DNA of 63,158 nucleotides, filler included, from Dirinaria sp. TL-2023a (Eukaryota): NCBI GenBank assembly GCA_051941275.1. It is 2 parts of 2 records of this genome, joined end to end, with 100 filler letters (N's around TTAATTAATTAA, not from the genome) between each part and the next. Parts side by side here need not be neighbours in the genome. Positions count along the whole stretch, not along the records: positions 31,655 to 63,158 come from JAVEBF010000092.1; 1 more part is not named here. One strand, 5' to 3'. Shown piece by piece: positions 62,771 to 63,158 of this stretch (position 1 is its first letter; each line of letters starts with the position of its first letter). The notes under the pieces were generated by a model. It saw only the letters and a program-made list of their open reading frames with translations, ran no database searches and was not told where the DNA came from. The position numbers and the translations under genes were made by a program.

Positions 62771-63158
62771 TTGCTATCGCAGTTCTTTACTTTATCCTTT
62801 GAAAAATTGTAAGATTAGTATTTTTTGGGTAGTATACCTTAGTAGGCATGAAGAAGCGCGATCGAGCAACTAAGTGGAACTTCTCACATACGCTCGTCGA
62901 ATGGAATGTATGTATGTATGTATGCAAAAAAGCGCAACGATTACTGTATATCGCGGTACCTTACCTAAGGTTCCTGGGGGGCCGGGTTTCGTGGTTCTGA
63001 AGTTTCGGTGTCTTGCCACATGTAAGGTACCATACCTAGTCATCAGGTCCTCGTACTCACTCCTCTCCTCTCCTCTTCTTTCTTTCTTTCCCGATATCCT
63101 TCCATCCTTCCTTCCTTCCTTCCTTTTTTCTTACCTTCATACCGTATCTCCGTATATC

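Noticed and set aside
62905..62925. (ATGT)n microsatellite and the terminal CT-rich tract
   Set aside because: Common simple repeats in fungal intergenic DNA.
1..63158. CRISPR arrays, rRNA, intact transposons or a PKS/NRPS cluster
   Set aside because: No repeat-spacer array, rRNA-like sequence, transposase/RT/integrase motifs or backbone synthase was seen.

Overview
Eukaryotic, intron-containing fungal DNA (filamentous ascomycete; GT-AG introns mostly 45-110 nt with CTRAC/CTAAC branch sites; a lichen-forming Lecanoromycete is plausible but is only an inference). An artificial scaffold linker (44 N + TTAATTAATTAA + 44 N, 31555-31654) splits the window, so the two halves may not be truly adjacent. 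The left half looks accessory: a GFA/Mss4-like protein, a frameshifted spherulin-type cupin, an alpha/beta-hydrolase with a premature stop, several orphan secreted proteins, F-box proteins, an SDR, decayed gene relics and CC/GG-depleted tracts. The right half has a CorA-like gene head-to-head with a membrane-anchored HET-like gene, a PTH11-like rhodopsin-domain protein next to a secreted GMC oxidoreductase, an APC permease, and a compact housekeeping block (SUI3/eIF2-beta, TAF8, SOM1, XRCC2-like, SDR, PIN3/LSB1-like, Myb-like, AIM24). The strongest leads are (1) a secreted protein with the motif order of the amidoligase / actin-cross-linking-domain superfamily, (2) the divergent CorA-like + HET-like pair as a candidate fungal immune/cell-death module, and (3) an apparent non-canonical CpC-targeted RIP-like mutation signature. 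Gene models were spliced by eye and no database search was run.
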